A stretch of 64,000 nucleotides of DNA from a virus. Location of the stretch: positions 32,001 to 96,000 of IMG/VR virus record IMGVR_UViG_3300043470_000217; one strand, 5' to 3'. Made by a program: the position numbers and the translations under genes. The notes beneath the pieces are model-generated. The model saw only the letters and a program-made list of their open reading frames with translations. It was not told where the DNA came from and searched no databases. Positions 20,928 to 31,342 of the stretch are shown here, in pieces (within the stretch, counting starts at the first letter, position 1; every line of letters starts with the position of its first letter).

Positions 20928-21461
20928 ATGGTATTAGCAGACTCTGAAATCTTATTGGAACACGAGAGAGGTATGATCATTATCTCTCCTTTTAAACGTG
21001 AGTATTTAAATCCAAACTCTGTAGATTTAACTTTAAATCCTAAGTGTAAAGTCTATGTTGCAGAAACATTAGACTGTAGAAAACCTAACCCGGTAGAAGA
21101 ATTTATTATTCCTGAAGAGGGTTATGTTCTACAACCAGGTGAATTATATCTTTACGCCTGTAATGAAACAGTTGGTGTAAAGGAAGATATCTGCGCTACA
21201 GTTATGGGTAAATCTAGTTTAGGTAGATTGGGTTTAGATATACATATCTGTGCGGGATTTATTGATTCCGGATTTGTGGGCTCATTAGTATTAGAGATGC
21301 GTGTGGTTAAACCATTACGTATTTATCCCAATATGAAAATATGCCAAATCAAATTTGAGCGTGTAGCAGGTAAAATACTTCAGACTTATGACAAAAAACC
21401 AGGAAGCAAATACCACGGACAATCAGGAGTGCAAGAATCTCTCATGCATAAAAACTTCTGA
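20928..21461 (+). CDS. dcd: dCTP deaminase
   Basis: NPNSVDLTL, GKSSLGRLG, AGFIDSGFVGSLVLE, KYHGQ. Confidence 0.92.
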   Translation: MVLADSEILLEHERGMIIISPFKREYLNPNSVDLTLNPKCKVYVAETLDCRKPNPVEEFIIPEEGYVLQPGELYLYACNETVGVKEDICATVMGKSSLGRLGLDIHICAGFIDSGFVGSLVLEMRVVKPLRIYPNMKICQIKFERVAGKILQTYDKKPGSKYHGQSGVQESLMHKNF

Positions 21462-21573
21462 TAATTGTGTATTTTGTAATAGTAGGGTAGAATATATTTT
21501 TGTACATGGTCATTATCAATGCCCAGTATGTAAACAAAATGCTATACCTTGCTGCAACGGAGAACAAGCATGA
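21388..21573 (+). CDS. Small zinc-ribbon protein
   Basis: CVFC...CPVC...CC; stop overlaps the phoH ATG (ATGA). Confidence 0.5.
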   Translation: MTKNQEANTTDNQECKNLSCIKTSDNCVFCNSRVEYIFVHGHYQCPVCKQNAIPCCNGEQA

Positions 21574-22256
21574 CATCAAACTCATATGACGATGAGGTTT
21601 TCAAAGCAAAAAGAAAACCCAAAAACCCCATTAAGTTTCAGATAACTTTAAATGAGGAACAGAAAAGAGCTAAATCTATAATACTAGATAATCCAATCAC
21701 AGTATTAAAAGGTATGGCCGGTAGTGGTAAGACTCTTGTAGCTTGTCAAGTTGCGCTTGATATGCTGTTTAACAAAGAGGTTGAGAAGATTGTTATTACT
21801 AGACCTACTGTATCTAAAGAAGATATAGGATTCTTACCCGGTGATATTAAAGAAAAAATGGATCCCTGGTTAGCACCTATCTATCATAATCTATATGCTC
21901 TTTATAGTAAAGAGAAAGTAGATAAAGAGATAGAGTTAGGAAACATAGAGATTGTACCATTTGCTTTTGTACGAGGAAGGACATTTGTAAATAACTTTAT
22001 CATTGTAGATGAGGCCCAGAATGTTACTCATTCACAGATGGAAGCCATACTGGGTAGACTTGGTAAAGAAAGTAAGATGGTAGTTTGTGGAGACATTGCA
22101 CAGATAGATCTTAAAGATAAAAAGACATCCGGCTTTAGTTTCTTAGCACGTATAGAAGAACATGTAGAAGGATTTAAAGTATTTGCTCTATTACAGAACC
22201 ATAGACATAAGATTGTTGCGCCTATACTAGAGGTATACAAAACATTTAGTGACTAA
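21570..22256 (+). CDS. phoH: PhoH-family ATPase
   Basis: GMAGSGKT, GFLPGD, RGRTF, DEAQN, GDIAQID. Confidence 0.93.
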   Translation: MTSNSYDDEVFKAKRKPKNPIKFQITLNEEQKRAKSIILDNPITVLKGMAGSGKTLVACQVALDMLFNKEVEKIVITRPTVSKEDIGFLPGDIKEKMDPWLAPIYHNLYALYSKEKVDKEIELGNIEIVPFAFVRGRTFVNNFIIVDEAQNVTHSQMEAILGRLGKESKMVVCGDIAQIDLKDKKTSGFSFLARIEEHVEGFKVFALLQNHRHKIVAPILEVYKTFSD

Positions 22257-22285
22257 AAAGAAACCCTCCTTTTTAGGGGAGGGTC
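22256..22285. terminator. Intrinsic terminator between convergent genes
   Basis: ACCCTCC(CT)...GGGAGGGT hairpin preceded by an A-run. Confidence 0.6.
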
Positions 22286-22324
22286 AGTCAAGGGATACTA
22301 TCCCAAGAGGGGTTCAAGTTCTTT

Positions 22325-22615
22325 TTACCAGATGATGGCAACATCTTGCTCACCAACCATAATCTTAATACCTGCATCAGGCATTTCAATAATCTCTGCG
22401 TTTTGCAAGACAATGGTAGGAATATAAACTTTATCTCCAACTACTACTTCGGTGACATCTTCACCAACAGCAAATACTTCAAGATTAGTCCATTTTTTCA
22501 TTAAGTCAGCGTCAATCTCTGCTTGTTGTGCAGCAGTAAGTTCAATACCGCTTTTTTCTTTGTGGGGTTTGCTAAGAAGTATTCTTCTACCTCTTAATTT
22601 TTTAAAGTTGCTCAT
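22325..22615 (-). CDS. groES: GroES-like co-chaperonin
   Basis: RILL...KSGIEL...VFAVGEDVTEVVVGDKV...EQDVAIIW. Confidence 0.75.
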   Translation of the reverse strand: MSNFKKLRGRRILLSKPHKEKSGIELTAAQQAEIDADLMKKWTNLEVFAVGEDVTEVVVGDKVYIPTIVLQNAEIIEMPDAGIKIMVGEQDVAIIW

Positions 22616-22735
22616 ATGCTTTGTTGTTTTTTTTGTTTAATAAAAAAGCCACTCAAGTGTATCAGAAAACAGGTCAATCCTGATACACTTTTATGAGCAG
22701 CTTACTATGAAAATTCAGAAGACATACAAATATAA

Positions 22736-23230
22736 TTATTTTTTGATATCATCAAACATATTTTTTGCTTTATTATAAACATCTAATTCTGTCTTATAAT
22801 AAATTGGATTCTCAATCCAGTCTTCTACAACTCTTATAGCATGTATAATTGTTGCGTGGTGTTTACCACTTATGTGTTTACCAATGTACTGATATGTTTT
22901 ACCCTCTAATCTAAGAAGGTGACACATTACATACCTTGGTACTACATGATCTCTTTTACGGGATTTGCTTAGTATATCATTACCAGTAACTCCGGTAATT
23001 GAATTAAGCACATCACATAAAATATTTATTGTGTTATCTCCTCTTATTTTTTTAGGAGCAAGACTAATACGTAAGTGTAATAACTTACTACCATACTCTT
23101 TCTTTATCTTCTGTACTTCTAATGCATGCGCTTCTTTAAGCTTGTTTACTAGTTCAGTTTTTCTTTTAAGATTGAGCTGTAAGTTATGTACCTGTGTTTT
23201 TAGTTTTTCAACTTCACTCAGGGTTGACAT
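22736..23230 (-). CDS. DnaA domain-IV-like HTH protein
   Basis: DILSKSRKRDHVVPRYVMCHLLR...IGKHISGKHHATIIHA. Confidence 0.75.
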   Translation of the reverse strand: MSTLSEVEKLKTQVHNLQLNLKRKTELVNKLKEAHALEVQKIKKEYGSKLLHLRISLAPKKIRGDNTINILCDVLNSITGVTGNDILSKSRKRDHVVPRYVMCHLLRLEGKTYQYIGKHISGKHHATIIHAIRVVEDWIENPIYYKTELDVYNKAKNMFDDIKK

Positions 23231-23468
23231 ACATCTTTTTCATTTTAGCATCTATCTCTGCCTCTAGTTTAGCACTATCAATAGGAATAAGATTCTGCCA
23301 AACAGTTGTAGTAGTTACAGACTGTTGGACATGATCTATTCTTAAAGTAGTAGTGAAAGGATAAGCTAGTAATTCTATCTCATCCTCCCACGATTCTTTA
23401 GTGATATAACTACCATTGTGAACAAACATTTCTGTCTTAAGTACGGGGCGCTTTTCAATATTAATCAT
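23214..23468 (-). CDS. Hypothetical protein
   Basis: ATG overlaps the polB stop; tightly packed. Confidence 0.5.
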   Translation of the reverse strand: MINIEKRPVLKTEMFVHNGSYITKESWEDEIELLAYPFTTTLRIDHVQQSVTTTTVWQNLIPIDSAKLEAEIDAKMKKMYVNPE

Positions 23469-25447
23469 AAGTTTAGTTCTAGTTGTTGATATGCTATTTT
23501 TTCCGGGCAAACATTCATAATCTCACGGATTGCATTATTAATATAGTAATCATAATTAATATCATAAGCATCCCATTGCTTATTATCTAGTTTGTTTAGT
23601 GTAGTTTGTAACCATCTACCGGATTCTACTTGTATAATTCTACCATCTTTATGGCGCTTAAGTATCTTACAACCTTTGTTAGAAATGTAATATCTTACTA
23701 TCTTTTGTAAAGGTTCTGTGATAAGTACACCACGTATCATACAGTTACTTGTAAACTTCCAATCACCTTTAGCTTTAATACCACCACAGAAATCTACAAT
23801 ACTCTTAGACTCCATAATAGTTTTATCTACAGGCTGGTTGAATACAAAGTAATTATACAATGCTTTCCGGATGATTAAGAAAGATTTATTCTTGTGTAAT
23901 GCTAGGTTGTGAAACTCAAATCTACCTTTACATTTTACAGGAGAGTAACCAGTATCAGTATAGACATAATAGGGCTCATCTTTCTTTAGGTAATCTAAAG
24001 TTTCTTGATCAGCTTCTCTATGTGTATTTATACCAATATAGTTGTTTACATCACCTATAATCATCTTCTGGTACTGATCATGTTCTAATGATAACTGTGT
24101 AATTTGTTCCCACTCAGAACATATCTTGAGATATAGTTCTTTATGTTGTTCAGGTATCATCATCTCTAAACCATCTGTATTCTGCATGATAGGAATAGCA
24201 CCGGGAATACTCTCTGCTATCATCTCATACAACATACATAGACTCAGTTGACCATTAACAGTAATGCGCATAGTAAACTCAGGATCATACAGAAAGCTAT
24301 TCTTATCGTTGCTAAGGCCATAAGTACTGTTCAAGATGATCTTGTATACATAGTTCTTTGGATCTTTCTTAGGGATCTTCTTACGCTCTGTAAAGAACCA
24401 CTCATACTGTTCACAGAATTCTTCTTTAGGAAGATGTGCCGGGGCCCATTTATTCTTGATAGCAAGGTTAGGATAATAACTAACTACATCTGATGACATA
24501 ATTATCATACCGTTCTTTGCTTCAAAAATACCAGATCTGGCACCATGTAAACCACCTAGACCAAAGTCAGTCTGCATACCCTTATAAGTTATACTATGAG
24601 CAAACCCACCTTTTGTTTCTTTGGGGTCCAACTCAATAGTTCTAAACTTATCTAGTAGCGCTTGTAACTCCGGTGTTTTAAACTTCACATAGTCTAGTAT
24701 GATATCATTAATCTTAATAGATGTTCTGTTAGTACGTAGACCATTTAGCTCATAACTACTGATCCCGGTTGCTTTAGATAAGAAATACTTAAACAACTCT
24801 TTAGATATCCTTGGCTCACTAGCACTGTATAGATTAATACCATACTCTTTAGTAAGTGCACCACGTAGAGAGATTTGGGATTTACTATACTCCATAATCT
24901 TCTTAGTGAACTTAACATCATTCTTACAATAGCTTAGTACCATCTCTTGTTTCTCAACGGTATCTATGCTATCAGTGTGATGTATAGGCATCTCCTCTAC
25001 ATTGTGCCAATCAAGTGTATACTCTAACCATTTAAGACTAGAACTCTTGGCTGGATTATCCCAGTGATTAAGTTTAAATAAATCTATCTGCTTGACTTTC
25101 AATTGTTTATGACTGTATAAAGCAAACTCACCATTATTCTTTCTAAAGATAATGTCTTGCGCTACTTTATAAAGCCTGTCTGTTATTTCTTTAGAACTTA
25201 GAGTAAGTAATAGATCAGAGTAATCTATTATATACTGAATCACTTGAGCATCAAAGTCTAGACCGTTAAAGCTAATGTGCCACTCGTCACCCTTGATGTT
25301 CTCATTGATAAATTCTACAAGTTCTTTAATCTGATTCTTTTCAAAGGATACAGTAAACTCAATAACTTCTTCTTCTTTATAGTGCTCAAATACAGCACAG
25401 AAGAAATCTGTCATGGTTTCTATATCCATTACCCAATGTCTTTTCAT
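23465..25447 (-). CDS. DNA polymerase family B
   Basis: Exo MDIET and FNGLDFD; polymerase motifs DVVSYYP, KIILNSTYG, NTDG. Confidence 0.92.
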   Translation of the reverse strand: MKRHWVMDIETMTDFFCAVFEHYKEEEVIEFTVSFEKNQIKELVEFINENIKGDEWHISFNGLDFDAQVIQYIIDYSDLLLTLSSKEITDRLYKVAQDIIFRKNNGEFALYSHKQLKVKQIDLFKLNHWDNPAKSSSLKWLEYTLDWHNVEEMPIHHTDSIDTVEKQEMVLSYCKNDVKFTKKIMEYSKSQISLRGALTKEYGINLYSASEPRISKELFKYFLSKATGISSYELNGLRTNRTSIKINDIILDYVKFKTPELQALLDKFRTIELDPKETKGGFAHSITYKGMQTDFGLGGLHGARSGIFEAKNGMIIMSSDVVSYYPNLAIKNKWAPAHLPKEEFCEQYEWFFTERKKIPKKDPKNYVYKIILNSTYGLSNDKNSFLYDPEFTMRITVNGQLSLCMLYEMIAESIPGAIPIMQNTDGLEMMIPEQHKELYLKICSEWEQITQLSLEHDQYQKMIIGDVNNYIGINTHREADQETLDYLKKDEPYYVYTDTGYSPVKCKGRFEFHNLALHKNKSFLIIRKALYNYFVFNQPVDKTIMESKSIVDFCGGIKAKGDWKFTSNCMIRGVLITEPLQKIVRYYISNKGCKILKRHKDGRIIQVESGRWLQTTLNKLDNKQWDAYDINYDYYINNAIREIMNVCPEKIAYQQLELNL

Positions 25448-25458
25448 AATTTTAGATA

Positions 25459-25486
25459 AAAAAGGGGGACTATTACATCCCCCTTG
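25459..25486 (-). terminator. Intrinsic terminator
   Basis: AAGGGGGA...TCCCCCTT hairpin with U-tract on the minus strand. Confidence 0.7.
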
Positions 25487-25517
25487 ATTGTTGGTTTATA
25501 TGGCAATCCTCAAGACC

Positions 25518-25916
25518 CTAAACTTGAGTTGGACCCGTGATTCCTACTGATTCTTTGTCTAGAATACTAAAATCAAAGCTATCAGCGTTCATTGCAAATT
25601 TAGCAATAATATCTCTGATTTCTTCTTTTTTGTGTACATAATATTCTTGGAACGACTCAACCAGCCTTCTCTCTTCCGCATAACTTTTTTCAGGATTCTT
25701 TCTATTCTTAACAAAAACTACATCACCTTTATCATCCATTCTAGGAATCATGTGGTAAGCATCTTTTATAATTTTAGATATGATCACAAGCATACTAGCT
25801 TCTGGATCATAAATCATTTCTACATAGGGGCAAGACTCCATTAAGGGGATAACCTTAAAGCTATCTTGACCGTTCCAAACGGAACTGATACATAACATAC
25901 TATCTTTCATAAACAC
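25518..25916 (-). CDS. Hypothetical protein
   Basis: ORF in operon context. Confidence 0.55.
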   Translation of the reverse strand: MFMKDSMLCISSVWNGQDSFKVIPLMESCPYVEMIYDPEASMLVIISKIIKDAYHMIPRMDDKGDVVFVKNRKNPEKSYAEERRLVESFQEYYVHKKEEIRDIIAKFAMNADSFDFSILDKESVGITGPTQV

Positions 25917-25919
25917 AAA

Positions 25920-26480
25920 TCAAATAATTAAATCTTTCATTTCCAAATCTTCTACGGGTATTTTAAGAGTTTCCTTCTCTTTATTGTAGGGAGCACATAA
26001 CTCTCCTACGCCTTTTAGTATATTTACATTTACTCCTAGCAGCTCTGCATAGATATCAAAATAGTCTTCCGGATATAAGTAACTCATAACATACTCATAA
26101 GTAGTAGAATCTTTACCATAGAACTTTTCAATCTCTCCTTTAGCTTTCTCTGATAACTCAGAGTACTTACCTTTTATAAAATTATCCCAATCAACAGATT
26201 GATCATCAAATGTAAATATGTAAATACCCTTGTTATCTAGAGTTTGCCTAAACTCACAAAACTTCTCATTACCGAATAACTTAACTCTCTCAAAGATCTG
26301 ATAGTCTTCATTATCCTGTATATCATAAACGCAAATTAGTTTTCTATCTGTTGGTGAAATTATTTCTTCCCATGCTATATAAGTTTGTATGGGTTTGATA
26401 TGACTTCCACGTCTAATATTTAATGCCGGGTATAAAAATATCCTGGACTTCTGTGTGTATTTATCATGTAATTTCTTCAT
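25920..26480 (-). CDS. Hypothetical protein
   Basis: ORF coupled to its neighbours. Confidence 0.6.
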   Translation of the reverse strand: MKKLHDKYTQKSRIFLYPALNIRRGSHIKPIQTYIAWEEIISPTDRKLICVYDIQDNEDYQIFERVKLFGNEKFCEFRQTLDNKGIYIFTFDDQSVDWDNFIKGKYSELSEKAKGEIEKFYGKDSTTYEYVMSYLYPEDYFDIYAELLGVNVNILKGVGELCAPYNKEKETLKIPVEDLEMKDLII

Positions 26481-27448
26481 AGTACAATTTTGCTCACAAT
26501 ATACTCATAAGGAAGTGAATAATCCCTATTGGTATAGTGATAGTGTGCTTCATTTAATGCTTTTCTAAATCTTTCATTCCAGTCATCCAGTGTTAATTGA
26601 GACACAGGGAAGCAATATATCTGCTCATACTTGTCTACCACAACAAAAGAATACTGATATGTATAATCTAGTTTACCAAAGCTGCACTTACAAAGTAATA
26701 CATACATGGCAGCCTGCATCCAATAGTTATAATACTCCACACTCTCTTTAAATTCAGGTATGGTTTTACTAGTGGTTTTAACATCTGCTATCTTGATTAC
26801 TTTATTTACATCATCTACTATTACACTGTCAAGAATACCCTTGATTCCAAATTGATAATCTACAAGATCACAAGAAGCCTCTATTTCTCTATGTACTTTA
26901 GCAGAATCAAACTCTGTAATTTCTAGACCCAAGTGTTCAATAACGTCAGGATGTGCTCTAAACTTAGTCACAATCCTATTACACTTATCAAATGTACTCT
27001 GATCAATTACAGATTTACCGGTACTATTAACTAAATCACTTAGATAGTCTATTGTAATTGGTGTAATTACTTTAGCTAATCTCTGTTCATCAGTTTTTAA
27101 TGTCTGGTAAAGATTCTTTTCTACTAAAATGTTTAAGATTTCTTCTTGAAAGTTAGACAAATCATCACAATTATGCTCTTTAAAGATTCTATCTACAATG
27201 TCCTTAAGATTATCTGAAGGAAGTTTACTCTTAGCTACATAAAATTGGTCCTCATATACCTCCGGTTGGAGTAGAAGGCAGTGAATTAACCTGCCCTCTA
27301 CTAAATGTGCACCAACGGACTCTTCTTTTTGTTGAAGAATGTAATGAGTATAGAACAACCTAGGGCTAAATCTAAGTTTACTTAACCCTGAGTAACTAAT
27401 GTAATACTTGCTTTTGTAAAACTGTTCTATTAACTCTTGATCTGTCAT
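26477..27448 (-). CDS. PD-(D/E)xK exonuclease (RecE/exonuclease VIII-like)
   Basis: ISYSGLS, GRLIHCLLL, KGILD...IADVKTT, YWMQAAMY. Confidence 0.8.
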   Translation of the reverse strand: MTDQELIEQFYKSKYYISYSGLSKLRFSPRLFYTHYILQQKEESVGAHLVEGRLIHCLLLQPEVYEDQFYVAKSKLPSDNLKDIVDRIFKEHNCDDLSNFQEEILNILVEKNLYQTLKTDEQRLAKVITPITIDYLSDLVNSTGKSVIDQSTFDKCNRIVTKFRAHPDVIEHLGLEITEFDSAKVHREIEASCDLVDYQFGIKGILDSVIVDDVNKVIKIADVKTTSKTIPEFKESVEYYNYWMQAAMYVLLCKCSFGKLDYTYQYSFVVVDKYEQIYCFPVSQLTLDDWNERFRKALNEAHYHYTNRDYSLPYEYIVSKIVL

Positions 27449-28509
27449 TAGTCTATTATTAATTTTTTATAATCTTCATTCATATTAATTGAACCTACTG
27501 TAAAGATGTGATTGTCACCAAAGCGTTTAACATGCACAAGAATCTCATCTTTAAATTCTGTTAGATACTCTCTCTTAAGTTTATTAGTCTTAGCCAATAT
27601 TCTAATAATATCCATGATATCTCCACTATAACGACTAGGATCAATTTCCCAATAAGTAATCATGTAACTTCTAAATGATTTATAGTTTACATGATTAGTA
27701 CCAGGCATATTACCAAAGTTATGTTTAGAGATAAGCTTTAAGATATAAACCATTGACTGATCATAATCACAGTTACAGAGTAACTCCATAGCAATTTCCT
27801 GATTTTGATGAGTAGAAAACATACCATCAAGTCTTTTAAATGACTCTGAAGTTAATGGTTTAGAACCATTGCACTGCTTTAGTACATCCTGATCACTAAT
27901 TACTACTTTAGTACCGGCCAATAAATCATCAATAAGTTGCTTATGTATAGGATCTTTATAAACATAAATATACAAATGATTTGAGTTAATAGCATCAGTA
28001 TTAAATATATTATTATAATCCTCTTTAATATGATTATAAATAATATAATCCAGAATTATATTTTCATTTACATCAGCAACTTTTAGATTAGTTGTATCTA
28101 TACCTCTATAATCAAGTACTTCAATAAGATGTTTAACTGGGATAGTCATAGCACTTGCTCTATCAGTAATCTCATCTATAACTTGTTTTTTAGAGAAGAC
28201 TACTTTGTTTGCTTTAGCAAAACTTCTAACTATATCAAATCCAATTTCCTTACCAGTTTCCCGTATTTTATACCGGGGGATGGTTACCCCCGGCATTATA
28301 AATACTTTATCACCTGCAATTAAACTAGAAACACTAGTAGATATATTATCAAATGACTTTATATCTACAGTCTCTTTAATACTCACATCAAGTGAACTCA
28401 AAATTGCATGTACATTTACAGGCTGTGAACCACGGCCCCATCTATTATAATCATAACCAGTAATCTTGGCATATGACTGCATGTTAAAATCTAATTCTAA
28501 ATATTTCAT
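27448..28509 (-). CDS. Hypothetical protein, possible BRCT-like domain
   Basis: KVFIMPGVTIPRYKIRE...GFDIVRS resembles a BRCT start; lies next to the MoxR/VWA pair. Confidence 0.45.
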   Translation of the reverse strand: MKYLELDFNMQSYAKITGYDYNRWGRGSQPVNVHAILSSLDVSIKETVDIKSFDNISTSVSSLIAGDKVFIMPGVTIPRYKIRETGKEIGFDIVRSFAKANKVVFSKKQVIDEITDRASAMTIPVKHLIEVLDYRGIDTTNLKVADVNENIILDYIIYNHIKEDYNNIFNTDAINSNHLYIYVYKDPIHKQLIDDLLAGTKVVISDQDVLKQCNGSKPLTSESFKRLDGMFSTHQNQEIAMELLCNCDYDQSMVYILKLISKHNFGNMPGTNHVNYKSFRSYMITYWEIDPSRYSGDIMDIIRILAKTNKLKREYLTEFKDEILVHVKRFGDNHIFTVGSINMNEDYKKLIID

Positions 28510-29687
28510 CGGATTGTGTACTCCATAACTTTATCGTTCAACATAAGTTTCTGAAACTTTTGCTTGTTACCATTTATAAGATTTCTTACAATCATATACT
28601 TCAGGTCAATAGCAAATATTTCATCTACCACTAATTTCTCAAGACGCTTGATTACTTCAGCTTTCATAGGATTAGTCTTGAAGTGAGCCAGTGCAAAGTT
28701 TACAAGTCTAGTACTCATAATACTAGCAATATCTGCACGATACTCATCTTCTCTACCTATTGTAGACTTAAGTGCACCTACGATATAATCCTCATTATCA
28801 TGAAGAAGGATATCTTTTGGAGACATCAATTGATCCAACTTGTTATTGATAAACAAAGTAAACAAGCTAGTCATATCAGCACCAACAGAACCTTCACCAA
28901 TCATTTGGATCATAGGTAAGTTTTCTTCAAACTTCTCAAAGCTAGAAATAGCATTAAAGAATGTAGTGATTGCACGCGGGTTAGTAGCTTCAGTTACAAT
29001 CTCTGGATGCTTCAAGATGAAGTTAATACATCTACCATCCATGTGTGTTTCTTCTGCCCACTGTGCCCAACAATCTACATCAAACTTCAACTCACAAGAA
29101 ATAAAGCGAGTTGTTTGTGCTATATCCATGCTATTTACATGATAGTCACCACCATCTGGGTTAGTAGTCAAGATGATAGTCCAGTCTTTAGGTAACTTCC
29201 AAGAGATATACTCCTGAGTATTAATCAAGTCCATACAAGCCTGAATCATTCTTGGGTCAGCACGAGTATAGTCATCTAACAATAAGATACCAGACTCACC
29301 TTTACCAGAAATCCACTCAGGTGCACAATATGCAGTACGTCTTGCACCGGTCAATTTAAAACCAGCCTTAACAGCTAACTCAGCTTCCATCTCAGTTACC
29401 CACTTAGTCTTAAGACCATCAGGTGTATCTTTACCAATCTGGAATTCTTTAACTGGAAAACCTACTAGATCTGATAACTCTTCTATCATTGCTAAGTTGA
29501 TCTTAACAAACTGCATACCTTCTTCTTTTGCAAGATTAGATACTACAGTAGTTTTACCAAGACCTGCATTACCTACTACATTCAAAGCTGTTGGTACTTT
29601 ACCTTGCTCTTGAATGAATCTGTTGTTGTTAATTACGTGTTTGATGAAATCTTTTAATTCAGCGCTGTTTAATTTTACTTGTGCCAT
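28506..29687 (-). CDS. MoxR-like AAA+ ATPase
   Basis: GNAGLGKT, ILLLDDYTRA, LTTNP. Confidence 0.85.
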   Translation of the reverse strand: MAQVKLNSAELKDFIKHVINNNRFIQEQGKVPTALNVVGNAGLGKTTVVSNLAKEEGMQFVKINLAMIEELSDLVGFPVKEFQIGKDTPDGLKTKWVTEMEAELAVKAGFKLTGARRTAYCAPEWISGKGESGILLLDDYTRADPRMIQACMDLINTQEYISWKLPKDWTIILTTNPDGGDYHVNSMDIAQTTRFISCELKFDVDCWAQWAEETHMDGRCINFILKHPEIVTEATNPRAITTFFNAISSFEKFEENLPMIQMIGEGSVGADMTSLFTLFINNKLDQLMSPKDILLHDNEDYIVGALKSTIGREDEYRADIASIMSTRLVNFALAHFKTNPMKAEVIKRLEKLVVDEIFAIDLKYMIVRNLINGNKQKFQKLMLNDKVMEYTIR

Positions 29688-29706
29688 AATGTTTAGGGTT
29701 TTTAAA

Positions 29707-30846
29707 TTAGTTTAATTGGATTTGGGGACCGGGTAATTGCTCATTGATGCGGGCTTTAGAAGAAATAACCCAAAGCATTCTACCTCTTGGTGTAATTGTT
29801 GTATAACATTCACCATCTGTTAAATAAACCAAGCATGTAAATCTTTTACTATTTTTATTATAGTAATCTATAACAGGATCAAACTCAGTACCACCCCTAC
29901 CTTGGACTCTTACATCTTTCTTAGGGTCATACTTCTCAATACTGTTAATTTGCGTATCACATTGTAATACTGTAATCTCTGTTCCGGTTTTGTGTATGTG
30001 TCTGATTTCATTAAAGAACTCTACAAGTTCATCATTACTTACACTACCAGAAGTATCTATTGCAACCAAGATATGTTTCTTGGGTTTAAATTTCATTCCG
30101 GGAGCATCCGGATATCTTTTGTTAAGTTTCTTTCTAGATAACTTAGTTTCTACTATATAAGAGTTACCAGCAAATCTTCTAAGATAGGCCCGCCAGTTAA
30201 ACTTACTAGGAGTAACTTCAGTGATGCGCTTATAAATATGTGCAATCTCTCCAGGTAATTGACCACGTGATTTCAAACACTCTTCGGCAGCTTCTTTCAG
30301 TTGATACTCAGCTTGAGACTTAAGTAGTTTCTTTTCAGATTCACTTAAGTTATCAAACTCTTTCCATGTATCATGCATATCATCAGCATCACCCATCATA
30401 TTTTGTACATCAGGATCATCTTGATTATCCAGTAACATATTATAGTAATAGTTAGTACCGGCTTTACGCTCAAGCTTTAAGTTAGGGAATGTACTTGGTA
30501 AGATAGCACCATTTGGAAGATAACTTGGAATAATGTACTGATTAAGTTCACAGTCAGCAGCAATATTAAACAACCGCTTGTCTGCAAACTCATCTCTTAA
30601 GTTAAGGTGATCAAATACAATGTGCAATAGCTCATGCCAAAGCAAGCCTTTCTTGTGATCAGAACTGAGACTACCCCAGAATTCTGTATTGATTACAAGC
30701 TTGTAATTGATATTGTGTTTACTAACACCAGCAGTTGGAATAGATTCATTCCATTCTTTGTTTAAACCTATTAAGAACATACCATAAAAGGGATGTTCAA
30801 GCATAAGTTCTTTCCCGGCCAAGGCCAGTTCTTCGTCTTTTCTCAT
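29707..30846 (-). CDS. Metallopeptidase + VWA domain protein (DUF2201-like)
   Basis: HELLHIVFDH, NIAAD, IDTSGS MIDAS motif, GRGGTEF, LTDGE. Confidence 0.88.
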   Translation of the reverse strand: MRKDEELALAGKELMLEHPFYGMFLIGLNKEWNESIPTAGVSKHNINYKLVINTEFWGSLSSDHKKGLLWHELLHIVFDHLNLRDEFADKRLFNIAADCELNQYIIPSYLPNGAILPSTFPNLKLERKAGTNYYYNMLLDNQDDPDVQNMMGDADDMHDTWKEFDNLSESEKKLLKSQAEYQLKEAAEECLKSRGQLPGEIAHIYKRITEVTPSKFNWRAYLRRFAGNSYIVETKLSRKKLNKRYPDAPGMKFKPKKHILVAIDTSGSVSNDELVEFFNEIRHIHKTGTEITVLQCDTQINSIEKYDPKKDVRVQGRGGTEFDPVIDYYNKNSKRFTCLVYLTDGECYTTITPRGRMLWVISSKARINEQLPGPQIQLN

Positions 30847-30857
30847 AGTTTTTAAGT

Positions 30858-31118
30858 TTAAAGTTTTGTAATTTTATCCAGTTCTTCTAAGAACTGAAAT
30901 GCTAACTCCTCTTCTTCATCTATAAATGATCCTGTGACTCTTCTCTTAGAAAAGTATTCATTTACAATTTTGATAAAGTGTGCGTTCTTAGCTTTTGCTT
31001 CATTTACAGATTTCTTAAGTTCTGGATTTACAAGCTCTCTAATAAACTGATACTGCACATTAAGTGCTTTGGCTAATATATAAGCCTTTCTAATTTCTTT
31101 TAGGTCTGATTCTTTCAC
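30858..31118 (-). CDS. Hypothetical protein
   Basis: Overlapping start/stop with neighbour. Confidence 0.5.
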   Translation of the reverse strand: MKESDLKEIRKAYILAKALNVQYQFIRELVNPELKKSVNEAKAKNAHFIKIVNEYFSKRRVTGSFIDEEEELAFQFLEELDKITKL

Positions 31119-31342
31119 ATTATTTGTGCTACTGGATCACTCCAACCATTTGCATCATTAACACCGCTAATGTATGCTTCTGCCTCTTTTTTTGTATCAA
31201 ACTCCTTGATACCATAATCATAATCTAATTGCATTGAGTTGTGTTCAGTCTTGAATAACTCTTCCCAACCATAGACATCTACAAATAAAGCAGCTGTCTG
31301 ACTAAATGCATACATTACTTTTACTTTCTTTTTTACTTCCAT
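31115..31342 (-). CDS. Hypothetical protein
   Basis: FDTKKEAEAYISGV; packed ORF. Confidence 0.5.
   Translation of the reverse strand: MEVKKKVKVMYAFSQTAALFVDVYGWEELFKTEHNSMQLDYDYGIKEFDTKKEAEAYISGVNDANGWSDPVAQIM

Noticed and set aside
23465-25447. Intein or intron in polB (also checked thyA, vRNAP and the visible part of terL)
   Set aside because: Motifs are contiguous at expected spacing; no splicing motifs or frame breaks noticed.
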